Positions 1-9,745 of a stretch of 64,000 nt of DNA are shown here, piece by piece. Each line of letters opens with the position of its first letter. The first letter of the stretch is position 1. The notes under the pieces were generated by a model, which had not been told where the DNA came from, searched no databases, and saw only the letters and a program-made list of their open reading frames with translations. This stretch comes from Promethearchaeota archaeon (GTDB lineage Archaea; Asgardarchaeota; Lokiarchaeia; Sigyniarchaeales; SOKP01). The stretch spans positions 28,588-92,587 of the forward strand of contig SHMW01000006.1 in the NCBI GenBank assembly GCA_008080735.1. The letters are read 5' to 3'. The translations under genes and the position numbers were made by a program.

Positions 1-468
1 GGCCTTTAATATTGTTTGGACCTCCTCCACATTGGGAGGCATAATCTCGGGTAAGCCAAATTGTTCTCTTCTGCGTTCGATCGCAGATTGCATAGGGATT
101 GCTTTACCTGTCTCAAAAATCGTTGAGGCTTGTGAGTAAAAATATTCTGGGCCTTCTCCTCTTGCGATGCTCTCGTTCTTCAAAAGAGTAAATATCTCCG
201 TTAGCTCTACTTTCTGTGGACATATCTCATCGCACGTATCGCAGATCGTACATCCCCAAATATTAAAGGAATTTTCCTTACCAAAAATCTTTTCTTTTAG
301 TCCTAATAATGAATCTAAAATGAGTCGTCTTGGATTATATCGTCCATTGGTAACTTGGGCGACTGGGCACGCGCCCGAACATGTAGCGCATTGATAACAA
401 TACGCCAAGGTGCTCCCAATATCTTCACCCATCAGTTTATTTCTAAATTCAAAATCTATTGTAGCCAT
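1..468 (-). CDS. hdrC: Heterodisulfide reductase subunit C-like 2x[4Fe-4S] protein (runs off the window edge)
   Basis: Not in the ORF track. Manual translation from ATG at 468: MATIDFEFRNKLMGEDIGSTLAYCYQCATCSGACP...IWGCTICDTCDEICPQKV, with two CxxCxxCxxxCP motifs in HdrC-type context. Confidence 0.85.
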   Translation of the reverse strand, partial: MATIDFEFRNKLMGEDIGSTLAYCYQCATCSGACPVAQVTNGRYNPRRLILDSLLGLKEKIFGKENSFNIWGCTICDTCDEICPQKVELTEIFTLLKNESIARGEGPEYFYSQASTIFETGKAIPMQSAIERRREQFGLPEIMPPNVEEVQTILKA

Positions 469-837
469 TTTTAATAAATTCTCGGGATGTAATTGTACTA
501 TGCAATATAAAATTCTTTTATTAATTAAATTATTTCTTTTCCAAATTAAGTCTAAGATACATTAAGAATCACGTTTGTAAATCTAATTCTTTCAATTTGT
601 ATCTTTTGGACCACTTATGAAAACGTAGTAATGAATTAAAACACACGACTTCTGGGGGATGAGCGTAAAATAATATCTTAATACAGAGAAATTTTCGGTT
701 TTTTGCGATAAGAAAAGCCATCTCTATTTTATAATTTGAAAATATAAAAATTAAATAAGACTAACGATTTGTAATAAATAATAATTTCACCACATAAATT
801 CTATTTGAGAAAAAAACATGAGAAGTGACTGAATAAA

Positions 838-1191
838 ATGAATATTGAGCAACTTAAAGAAGTAAATATTGATGTGACTGATGAGATGAAACAGGGGAAG
901 GTAATCATTGACGTCTATACGGAATGGTGTGGCCCGTGTAAATTTATTGCGCCCGTTCTGCATAAACTACGTGATGAGGGATTAATTTCTCTTAAACAAG
1001 TAGATTTAGACCAGAATCGACCTTTAGGACAAATGTTTAATATCCACGCAATTCCCACGCTGTTATTTTTCAAAGATGGGAAGCTTTTAGACCACCAGAT
1101 CAATATCAATGGTCAAACATTAGTATCTGAAGGGAAGATGGTAGGTGCAGCGGGGGAAGATATCCTGCGCCAGATTATTGACCAAATGTGA
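838..1191 (+). CDS. trxA: Thioredoxin
   Basis: WCGPC active site, IPTLLFFKDG motif, 117 aa. Confidence 0.93.
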   Translation: MNIEQLKEVNIDVTDEMKQGKVIIDVYTEWCGPCKFIAPVLHKLRDEGLISLKQVDLDQNRPLGQMFNIHAIPTLLFFKDGKLLDHQININGQTLVSEGKMVGAAGEDILRQIIDQM

Positions 1192-1372
1192 ATTTTTTTC
1201 CTCTTATTTTTCTTTTACTTATTTATGTTTTCTGAGCTCTCCGATAGGACAGCTGTACTTTTTTATACTCCATAAAGATATCAATAATACTTGTAATTTG
1301 ATTAAAAATTTTAAATATAGTAGATTTTTGCACTTATTATTATCATAATTTTCAAATCGGTAATAAATAATC

Positions 1373-1885
1373 ATGAATTACACTCGAAACGACTTATTAC
1401 TCGCAGATGCAACAATGAATCAGTTGCGTAATGCAATTTATCATCTGGCCCGATTTATGAACAAAAACGGCGTTGATAATTTGAAGGAACGATTGCGTGA
1501 GATGGGGAAGAATATTTCCAAAACATATTTGAAATACTGGAGCCCCACCGAAACCGTAAATTTAGACAACGTTCGGGAAGTAATCGCAACCATTTATAAT
1601 AAAATATTGCAGAGCTCGGTTTCTGTTGAATTAAACGAAGCAGAGAACTTAGTTGTTGTCCATGATTCCAGTTGCCCGTTATGTAAATACCAATACGATG
1701 ATATTCATATCGCGGGATGCGAGATCATCTTAGGAATGATTTCAGAATATATCAATCTGATCAATGGAAATTCCCGGGACAAAACAATCCTTATTACGGA
1801 ACCAGTCAGAGTTCAAGAATCAAGGGCGCTGGGAAATAATTCATGCGTCCAGATTTTTAAATATAGAGTAGGAGGAGATCTATAG
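1373..1885 (+). CDS. V4R/TRAPP (Bet3-like) domain protein
   Basis: RLREMGKNIS helix, CPLC...GCE...ESRALGNNSC V4R-type Cys pattern, 170 aa (Bet3 size). Confidence 0.65.
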   Translation: MNYTRNDLLLADATMNQLRNAIYHLARFMNKNGVDNLKERLREMGKNISKTYLKYWSPTETVNLDNVREVIATIYNKILQSSVSVELNEAENLVVVHDSSCPLCKYQYDDIHIAGCEIILGMISEYINLINGNSRDKTILITEPVRVQESRALGNNSCVQIFKYRVGGDL

Positions 1886-3348
1886 TGGGAGCAGTTAAAT
1901 GGTTGATGAAGAGAATCACAAAAGCGTTCGGGACCAACACAAGTTCCTTATTTTATTCTCTGCTCTACAGAGAAATGTTGAAAGAAGTGAATAATATTAC
2001 AGATGACGAGGAATTATCTATTTTAGTTATGCGAGAAATCGGAAAAAAAGCCGCTACCGAATCTTGCGAACGTCACTCCACTATATTTAAATTTATGCCC
2101 GGAACACCCGAGAAAGTATTAAATTATTTTGAGATTTTATGGGTGGTGGTATTTGGAAAGGAATTGGAAGATCTGGAATATGAAGAAATCCCCAAGGAAG
2201 GCTCAAATTACAACGATTATATCCTCAAGATCCAGAATTGTCCCATCTGCGCGAGTTATGGGACAGATTCCGAAGACTCGTTTGATGTCTCGAAACTTTC
2301 TCCAGAAAGCGAAGGTATGGCATGCGGACTCTGCGGCATGTTGCAGAGTGTTGCAAACTTCATCTTACGTGTCAAACAAAACGATTATCGCATACAGATG
2401 ATCGAACAAAAATGCATGGCGAAAGGTGATGAGTGCCTTCAATTGCTCTGTAAAGTCCATGATTATACGGAATGGCAAGAATATAAAGCGGATCAGAAAA
2501 AGGAGGAACTACTCTCAAAAGTCTTTATGGAAGAGGATAAGGAAGAATTTATGCCGAAGGCCAAATTAGATATGGTTGATAAACTCCAAGATGCCCTTTC
2601 TTTGGATAAATTAGAAGAGATTCTTGACGAGCCCTTAGAAGTCATCAAGCAACGGGTCTCCGATATCATTCGGGATAAGTTGGGGATGGAGCCTGAGCAT
2701 TTTTTTGATTACTTCCGCAATTATGAGGATGATATGATCCGCATTATCGGATACTTATTTATTCATCTGCTCAATGAATTCGGCAACCTCATTGAAAAAA
2801 TATTAGAAAATGATACCATGGCACGCGCGATCGGATATTTATTCAAACAATTGAAAGAGATGGTGTTATTATTCATCCCATTAGATGTGGTCAATGATTA
2901 TCATAACCTCTTGATAAACTTTTTAGAAGGATTAGCCCCCGAAGAGATGGTCGAGAATGTAAAGCAATATTCAGGAAAGGATGATATCAACTTTCTTTTT
3001 GATGGGGCACGGATGGCTTTGGAAGATCTTGGGATTGAATTTGCTGAATTGAAGGAAAATGTATGGGAAGAACTTAAAAAGGAACGGGAGGATGGGTTAA
3101 TCTCTGCCGACCCTTCGATGATGGATAAAACCCAAGAAAAAGCACCGAAAATAATTCAGATCCTCCAAGAGTTGGTAATGCTCATTACTGAGATTCTTAC
3201 ATTACCAATACGTGTAAGTGTTTCTGAGGCTCATTATGGTGTAAAAACTGCGGTGAATTCTGTGGTTTCGGAGGAAGAAGGATTAGCTGGCTCCATTAGA
3301 AATAGGTTTGATAGGATCTTTGACGAAATCCAAGCATTACGACAATAA
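1885..3348 (+). CDS. V4R/TRAPP (Trs31/TRAPPC5-like) N-terminal domain plus acidic helical C-terminal region
   Basis: KVLNYFEILWVVVFGKELEDLE, CPIC, CGLCG and EQKCMAKGDEC motifs. GTG start overlaps the upstream stop (TAGTG), with GGAGG upstream. Confidence 0.65.
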   Translation: MGAVKWLMKRITKAFGTNTSSLFYSLLYREMLKEVNNITDDEELSILVMREIGKKAATESCERHSTIFKFMPGTPEKVLNYFEILWVVVFGKELEDLEYEEIPKEGSNYNDYILKIQNCPICASYGTDSEDSFDVSKLSPESEGMACGLCGMLQSVANFILRVKQNDYRIQMIEQKCMAKGDECLQLLCKVHDYTEWQEYKADQKKEELLSKVFMEEDKEEFMPKAKLDMVDKLQDALSLDKLEEILDEPLEVIKQRVSDIIRDKLGMEPEHFFDYFRNYEDDMIRIIGYLFIHLLNEFGNLIEKILENDTMARAIGYLFKQLKEMVLLFIPLDVVNDYHNLLINFLEGLAPEEMVENVKQYSGKDDINFLFDGARMALEDLGIEFAELKENVWEELKKEREDGLISADPSMMDKTQEKAPKIIQILQELVMLITEILTLPIRVSVSEAHYGVKTAVNSVVSEEEGLAGSIRNRFDRIFDEIQALRQ

Positions 3349-3467
3349 ATTTATCATCTAAAGTTATTTCTTATATTGTTTTTTCAATTCAATTTTTCAA
3401 CAAAATTTCGAAAATTAAAAAAAAGGATAAAAAATTTTGTATTTTACTTTATCTGCTTAATTTTTGC

Positions 3468-4175
3468 CTATGTCTTCAAACCCAAATACATCCATACCGC
3501 AAATGTACTCATTATAATCCTGACAAACCCAATCGCAAGTGGGATTGTTAATATTGAATCTAATGCGCCGCATACTACGAATACTGTAAAACCTATAGAA
3601 AGATAAACAAATTTTTTCCGTAATTCTCCAGTTGCTTGTCTTGCTTTAAGGGCGAATCCGATACTCTCAAAAATTAGAACAGAAATCAAGAATATTGCGA
3701 CGAACCAGAATGTCGGGAACGTGCGTATAAATTCACCATTGATTAAATCTTCACCTGGTACACCATCTCCACCAAGAGGATAATTGAAAGATTGAGTGTT
3801 AAAGAAGATTATTAGAATATCAAATATCACACCTAAAACGGCATAAATCCCAACAATTATTGCTTTTTTATCCGGAACAAGGAGTTCAGCCCCAAGATAC
3901 ATAGCCACGATCACCGCAGGCGCAACCCATATATAGCTAAGAATTCCATATAATATATCTGGGCTTAAATTTGTCTGAAAGAGCAATACCAAAAAAAATT
4001 CTGTGAAAGGCCCCAGCCAGAACAAACCAATGAAAATCATCATTGCTCCCGCATAATATAACAATTTTGCGCCCATTTTTCTTGCGTTATAGAATGATAA
4101 TCCACCGAAAATAACTGATGACAAAATAATAATAGATGCGGTTATTCCGTCTAAAATTCCTATTTCACTTACCAT
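3468..4175 (-). CDS. Polytopic (about 7 TM) membrane protein of unknown function
   Basis: About seven hydrophobic segments, no soluble domain. Confidence 0.7.
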   Translation of the reverse strand: MVSEIGILDGITASIIILSSVIFGGLSFYNARKMGAKLLYYAGAMMIFIGLFWLGPFTEFFLVLLFQTNLSPDILYGILSYIWVAPAVIVAMYLGAELLVPDKKAIIVGIYAVLGVIFDILIIFFNTQSFNYPLGGDGVPGEDLINGEFIRTFPTFWFVAIFLISVLIFESIGFALKARQATGELRKKFVYLSIGFTVFVVCGALDSILTIPLAIGFVRIIMSTFAVWMYLGLKT

Positions 4176-4439
4176 TTTAATCTACTCTTTTATAATTTTT
4201 TTCTATTCCTAATTAAATAAATCAATATTGCTAGTATTGTTTTACAAGATATTTAAATATATAATAGTTTGTATTTTGCTCATATATATATAACTTAGGG
4301 ATCTAGCTTTTTAATTCCATTTTCTACCGATATATCGATATTCCATTTTCATGTCAAGGCTTCATATATAAATACTTAATTAACATAACTAATGATCAAG
4401 TCGATGTATTTAATATTATTTAAATAGAAAATTATTATC

Positions 4440-7016
4440 ATGAATCGTACATCTCAAAGTGTTAAAAAAAATGTTGTTGAATTTTCTGCTGCACTCATTG
4501 CGACTATCGTACTAATTCTTCTTTTTAGCTTACCGCTGGTGTTATTTCCCTTAGGAGATCTTCTATTTCCCGGAAATGGATTATGGACGATGCCCGGAGA
4601 ACCAAATAGCGAAATTCTTTATATTAATGGAATGGATGAGGAGGTCACGGTTATTCGAGACGAATGGGGGATCCCTCATATCTATGCTAAAACAGACAAT
4701 GATTTATTTTTTGCTCAAGGCTATCTCCATGCCCAAGATAGATTTTTCCAAATGGATTTGATTCGCAGACAAGTACGGGGACAATTATCAGAAGTACTTG
4801 GCGAAAGTGCTTTGGAGCAAGATAAATTAAGTCTTGCGATGGGAATGGAATATTGGGCAAAAAAGACTGACAATGAACTCAGAACAAACTATACTGAATT
4901 TCTGGCTCCCTTTGAACGATATGTGGATGGTATAAATTATTATTTGCAGACCAACCAAGATAAACTGCCCTTGGAATATCAATTACTAGGATTTGAACCA
5001 AAACCTTGGAGCAGCGTGGATACGTTATGTCTTGTCCAAGAGATGGCTCGTCAATTGTCTTGGAATTACAATGACTTGTATCGTTCCTCTAATTATGAGG
5101 GATTAGGAAAAGAAAAATACCTTGAACTGTTTAATCCATTCCTGCCATATCAAATCCCTATCTGTCCAAATTATTCCAGCTATGAAACCACTCCCAAGTA
5201 TTCAGCAAGTAGTACTTCATCCATGCCATCGATCAAATCATCCGTTGACGGATTTTTAAGAGAGATTGAAAACATAGCTTCAGAAAAAAAGTTAATTGAG
5301 GCGATTGAATTACAAGGCTCGAATAATTGGGTTGTGAATGGTTCCAAAACGGCTACTGGGAGCCCTATCCTCTGTAATGATATGCATCTCGCATGGATAT
5401 TACCGGGGGTATGGTACGAGCAACACCTTATTTCAGAGGAGACCGATCTCAATTCGTACGGATTTTCAATTCCGGGGATGCCACTCATTGCCGTAGGTCA
5501 TAATCAATATCTCGCGTGGGGCTTCACAAATACGGGTTATGATGTTATGGATTGGTATTACTACCATGAAGAGAATGATACACATTATGTGTACAAAGAA
5601 ACCTTTAAACCCTTTACTACCAGAGACTATACAATCAAAGTTAGCGGGGGAGATGATGTATCTTTCACCGTAAGAGAGACTGATAATGGTCCAGTATTAA
5701 CTGACTTCATAAGTGGTGCAATCCCTAACGATCTGAAAACATCAGACATCATTTTTTCTGCTAAATGGATGGGTAATGATATCTTCTTGAACCTTTTAGC
5801 CGGAGAAGGTTTTAATCGCGCTAAAAATCGGGAAGAATTTAATGAGGCCTCAAAATACTGGGATACTTTAGCACAAAATATCGTCTATGCGGATATTGAT
5901 GGAAATATTGCTATTCGACCTACGGGAAGAGTTCCAATCCGAAACGATACAAATATTCCGGTGGATCATTTAGGAAATGGAACGCTCCCATACAATGGAT
6001 CAAATGGGGAAGGAAAGTGGGTTGGTGAAGTTCCCTTCGATCAATTACCTAATTCTCTTAATCCAGCTCAAGGGTATTTAGTATCAGCAAACCAAATCGT
6101 AGTTGGACCTGATTATAATTTTAGTAAATATTTCCTACAAAACGAATATGCGAATGGATACAGAGCTCGTAGAATAAACGAGCTTCTCAATACCACAGAT
6201 AATATAACTGTTGATAAAATGAAGGAATTTCAATTAGATGTGAACTCTTCCGCTGCCAGAGCATTTATTCCCACATTATTAGATGTGATAGATTATAACT
6301 ATAGCGGAAATATTCCCTCAGAACTTACGGGCGCATATGATCTACTTGAATCTTGGGGGTATATAATGGATAAAGATGAGGCCGCACCAACGATATATCG
6401 TAAATGGCGTGATTTCTTTTATGATCTAACGTTTAACGATGATATCGATTTTTATAATTTAAGTCGTGGACCTCAGCTTGTCATGCTGGAGTATTTAATG
6501 AATAATGAGACTTCTCATTGGTTTAATAATATCTCGAGTGGAACACCAGTACCAATGACACGAAATCATACGATGCTTCTTGCATTTAATCAAACGATTG
6601 ATTGGTTAGAAACCATCTTCGGAACAGATGATCCTAATCAATGGATTTGGGGGGCACTCCATCAATTACAATTTACCCATTTATCGGGATTAGATGCTTT
6701 TAATGTTGGACCGCTCCCAGGAGATGGAGAGGGATATACTGTTAATCCATCTGGAGCCAATATTGATGAGGATGGGGGTATAGCTCAAGGAGGCGCATCG
6801 GAACGCTTAATTGTCGACCTTAGCGATTTAGGAAACTCGATCAGCGTTATTCCATCGGGGCAGTCGGGACATCCCTATCAAAAACATTATTCAGATCAAC
6901 TCACCGAGCTTTTTCTCCAAGGAAAATATCATTCTCAATATTATGATTATACCATATCAGATTTTGAAATGATAGAATCTACATTGATATTTAGACCAGT
7001 AGGAGGTCGTTTTTAA
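4440..7016 (+). CDS. Penicillin acylase family (peptidase S45) Ntn-hydrolase, membrane-anchored
   Basis: RDEWGIPHIYA, AQDRFFQMD, GSNNWVV (autoproteolysis Ser), NDMHL and GQSGHP motifs; N-terminal hydrophobic anchor. Confidence 0.93.
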   Translation: MNRTSQSVKKNVVEFSAALIATIVLILLFSLPLVLFPLGDLLFPGNGLWTMPGEPNSEILYINGMDEEVTVIRDEWGIPHIYAKTDNDLFFAQGYLHAQDRFFQMDLIRRQVRGQLSEVLGESALEQDKLSLAMGMEYWAKKTDNELRTNYTEFLAPFERYVDGINYYLQTNQDKLPLEYQLLGFEPKPWSSVDTLCLVQEMARQLSWNYNDLYRSSNYEGLGKEKYLELFNPFLPYQIPICPNYSSYETTPKYSASSTSSMPSIKSSVDGFLREIENIASEKKLIEAIELQGSNNWVVNGSKTATGSPILCNDMHLAWILPGVWYEQHLISEETDLNSYGFSIPGMPLIAVGHNQYLAWGFTNTGYDVMDWYYYHEENDTHYVYKETFKPFTTRDYTIKVSGGDDVSFTVRETDNGPVLTDFISGAIPNDLKTSDIIFSAKWMGNDIFLNLLAGEGFNRAKNREEFNEASKYWDTLAQNIVYADIDGNIAIRPTGRVPIRNDTNIPVDHLGNGTLPYNGSNGEGKWVGEVPFDQLPNSLNPAQGYLVSANQIVVGPDYNFSKYFLQNEYANGYRARRINELLNTTDNITVDKMKEFQLDVNSSAARAFIPTLLDVIDYNYSGNIPSELTGAYDLLESWGYIMDKDEAAPTIYRKWRDFFYDLTFNDDIDFYNLSRGPQLVMLEYLMNNETSHWFNNISSGTPVPMTRNHTMLLAFNQTIDWLETIFGTDDPNQWIWGALHQLQFTHLSGLDAFNVGPLPGDGEGYTVNPSGANIDEDGGIAQGGASERLIVDLSDLGNSISVIPSGQSGHPYQKHYSDQLTELFLQGKYHSQYYDYTISDFEMIESTLIFRPVGGRF

Positions 7017-7017
7017 A

Positions 7018-7449
7018 ATGGAAAATGAAAAATTTACTCTGCTTATTGGAACTATGATAAGTCTCTGCCTTGCTTCTATTTTATCACTAATTCCCGTGTG
7101 GCAACTGATTTTCATAGCAGGAATTGCGGGAGGGATTATCAATAAAAAACCCAAATTTGGTGCGCTTAGCGGAGCATTAGGGGTCGGATTATTTTGGATA
7201 CTCTATATGATTGATGGAGTTTTCATTAAAGAATTATATGGCCTTTTTGATCTTATCGGAGAACTCATAATAGGCTCTTCGGGAATTGGATGGCTTCTCT
7301 TGCTAATCATCATCATAATGGGATTTTTATTTGGGTTGCTGGGAGGTGTGCTTGGAAGTAGCGGTACGAATTTAGTTCTCTATTTCTATACAACTCACAA
7401 AAGTTCTGGAAGAAAAGTAGAAAATTCAATAAAATCATCCAAATCTTAA
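7018..7449 (+). CDS. Small Gly-rich 4-TM membrane protein, probably co-transcribed with the acylase
   Basis: Starts 2 bp after the acylase stop; GxxxG-rich TM helices. Confidence 0.7.
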   Translation: MENEKFTLLIGTMISLCLASILSLIPVWQLIFIAGIAGGIINKKPKFGALSGALGVGLFWILYMIDGVFIKELYGLFDLIGELIIGSSGIGWLLLLIIIIMGFLFGLLGGVLGSSGTNLVLYFYTTHKSSGRKVENSIKSSKS

Positions 7450-7597
7450 CCCTTTTTTCTTTTTTTACTAAATACTTATAAATTCTAACTGTTTTAGCCC
7501 ATCTTTTTAATTTTAATAAAAATCAACCTTATCTTCATATAGAATTTATCTTATCTAAATTGAGCAAAACATTCTTTTTCTTCTGATTCACAATAAA

Positions 7598-9697
7598 ATG
7601 CATATTTCTCCCGAGATTATTACCAAAAAATATGAAGACGGTGAACTAAATCGAAAATCTACCGTAAATGCGCTAATCTCATTGATAGAACATAATCCAG
7701 ATAATGAAACGAGAAAAGAATGCATAAAAACAATCAGGACGCGAAAGTTTTGTGATAAAAATATCTTCATTCTATTGGAAAACTTGTTAGTTTCCGATTC
7801 TAATCTTGAAATTCGCCAAGAAGCGGCTAAAGCGATTTCTACATGCTTTAATAATATCTCTACAGAACCTATGAAATGGATTATTGAAAATGAAACCTCC
7901 TATGAAATTTTACTCACCGCACTCAAGCTTTTAAAAGAAGTCGAACAAACCAACATAAAATCCTTTTTAATTGAAAAAATAAATGATTTTGATAAATCCT
8001 ATTTTCAATCTGGAGAATTACAATCAGATTTTAACCATTACAGAGTAAATGTTCTAATTGATATTTATCTAAATTATATTACCATCCATCATCTCAAAAG
8101 GAAATTCAAAAAACTAGAATATTCCACTAAGAATGGATATATTATTAAATTAGATTTTTCAAAGATCGATAATCGGATTGTAGGATGGAGATACAAGAAT
8201 ATATTGCGAAATCCATCTGAATTAAAGGGAATTCAATTACTTAAGAAATTGGAAAAATTAAAACCATTTTCTATTCAATGGACTATCCAAAATACCGTTA
8301 CTTTCGATTGTCAAATAAATCTTTTAAACACCATCACAAAGTTAGACAATTCTTTTGCAAGAGAGTTTTTCCTACAAGAAATCAAATCGATTAAGAAAAA
8401 GAAATTTCAACAATCATTTAAACAAATGAAGGAAAAGAGGATACCACTCTCAGAGCAGTCCCTACAATTCTTATCAAATATCCTCATAGCTTATATTTCT
8501 CTACAATTTTTAGAGCAAAAAACCTCCAATCTTCATTATACACTTGAAAAGGGACAAATAATCGAAATGGATTTATCGGGTAATACACTAATTAAAATTC
8601 CCGATTTAATTGGGAATTTTTTAACTCTTAAAGTATTAGACCTAAGCTCTTGTAAAATTTATTCGCTTCCCGAAACCATATTCAATCTCAAAAATCTGGA
8701 AGTATTGAATCTAGAAAAGAACCGATTACAAATACTTGCTGCAGATATTAATAAATTGACCGCATTAAGATATTTAAATGTATCACGAAATTGTTTAGAA
8801 ATGGTCCCGAAATCTCTCTCTCATTTGAAATTCTTACGGGAGCTTGATCTACAGCGAAATGATCTTACACGGCTCCCCGATGAAATTGGTTATCTGAAAA
8901 ATCTAGAATCTCTCGACCTTAGTGGCAATCATCTAAATGAGATCCCCACAACAATTACAAAATTGAGTTCTTTGAAAGTATTAAATCTATATTTAAACAA
9001 TCTCACGAAATTGCCTGAAAGCTGGGACGTATTAACTTCTTTAAATTATTTAAACTTAGATAATAATCAATTAACTCATATCCCAAACTCTATCTGTCTC
9101 TTAAAAAACTTAAAAAAACTTAAAGTGGCAGATAATAAACTGGCCTCTTTACCTGAAGAAATAGGATGTCTTAAGCATTTATGCGAGCTTGATTTGCGAT
9201 GGAATAGATTGGAAGAAATACCTGAGTCAATAGGAACACTTTCTTCACTTCAAAAACTTTATTTAACACATAACCGATTAAAAAATTTACCATACTCAAT
9301 TTCAAATCTTCTCTCTTTACGTTATTTAGACCTCACCTGGAATAATTTAAAATATATTCCCAAAAATATAGGAAAGCTTAATAATCTAGAAATTTTCATT
9401 TTGTCTCATAATAATCTTTTAAACCTTCCCGAGTCGATTGGTAAGTTACAATCATTGAAATATCTGAATTTATGGGGGAATAAATTACAAAAGCTCCCCT
9501 TCTCAATAGGTGGACTGAAAAATTTAGAAGATCTAAAGTTAAACGGAAATAATTTAGATTCTTTACCTGACTCATTTAAGAACTTAAATTCTCTTAAGAA
9601 CTTGGCTCTTAATAATAATCGATTAAGAAAACTTCCTGAAGTTGTTAATGAACTAAATGCTTTAAAAGACCTATCCTATAGATGGAATGAGATCTGA
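7598..9697 (+). CDS. HEAT-repeat + leucine-rich repeat protein
   Basis: N-terminal HEAT-like helices (LENLLVSDSNLEIRQEAA), then 16 full and 1 partial 23-aa LRRs (LxLxxNxLxxLPxxIxxLxxLxx). Confidence 0.9.
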   Translation: MHISPEIITKKYEDGELNRKSTVNALISLIEHNPDNETRKECIKTIRTRKFCDKNIFILLENLLVSDSNLEIRQEAAKAISTCFNNISTEPMKWIIENETSYEILLTALKLLKEVEQTNIKSFLIEKINDFDKSYFQSGELQSDFNHYRVNVLIDIYLNYITIHHLKRKFKKLEYSTKNGYIIKLDFSKIDNRIVGWRYKNILRNPSELKGIQLLKKLEKLKPFSIQWTIQNTVTFDCQINLLNTITKLDNSFAREFFLQEIKSIKKKKFQQSFKQMKEKRIPLSEQSLQFLSNILIAYISLQFLEQKTSNLHYTLEKGQIIEMDLSGNTLIKIPDLIGNFLTLKVLDLSSCKIYSLPETIFNLKNLEVLNLEKNRLQILAADINKLTALRYLNVSRNCLEMVPKSLSHLKFLRELDLQRNDLTRLPDEIGYLKNLESLDLSGNHLNEIPTTITKLSSLKVLNLYLNNLTKLPESWDVLTSLNYLNLDNNQLTHIPNSICLLKNLKKLKVADNKLASLPEEIGCLKHLCELDLRWNRLEEIPESIGTLSSLQKLYLTHNRLKNLPYSISNLLSLRYLDLTWNNLKYIPKNIGKLNNLEIFILSHNNLLNLPESIGKLQSLKYLNLWGNKLQKLPFSIGGLKNLEDLKLNGNNLDSLPDSFKNLNSLKNLALNNNRLRKLPEVVNELNALKDLSYRWNEI

Positions 9698-9745
9698 GCT
9701 GAATTAAATATAGCTATAATACTATGTACTCAGAAGGGATTGAAA

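Noticed and set aside
167-394. 75-aa plus-strand ORF in the track
   Set aside because: Antisense shadow of hdrC, which carries the Fe-S motifs on the minus strand.
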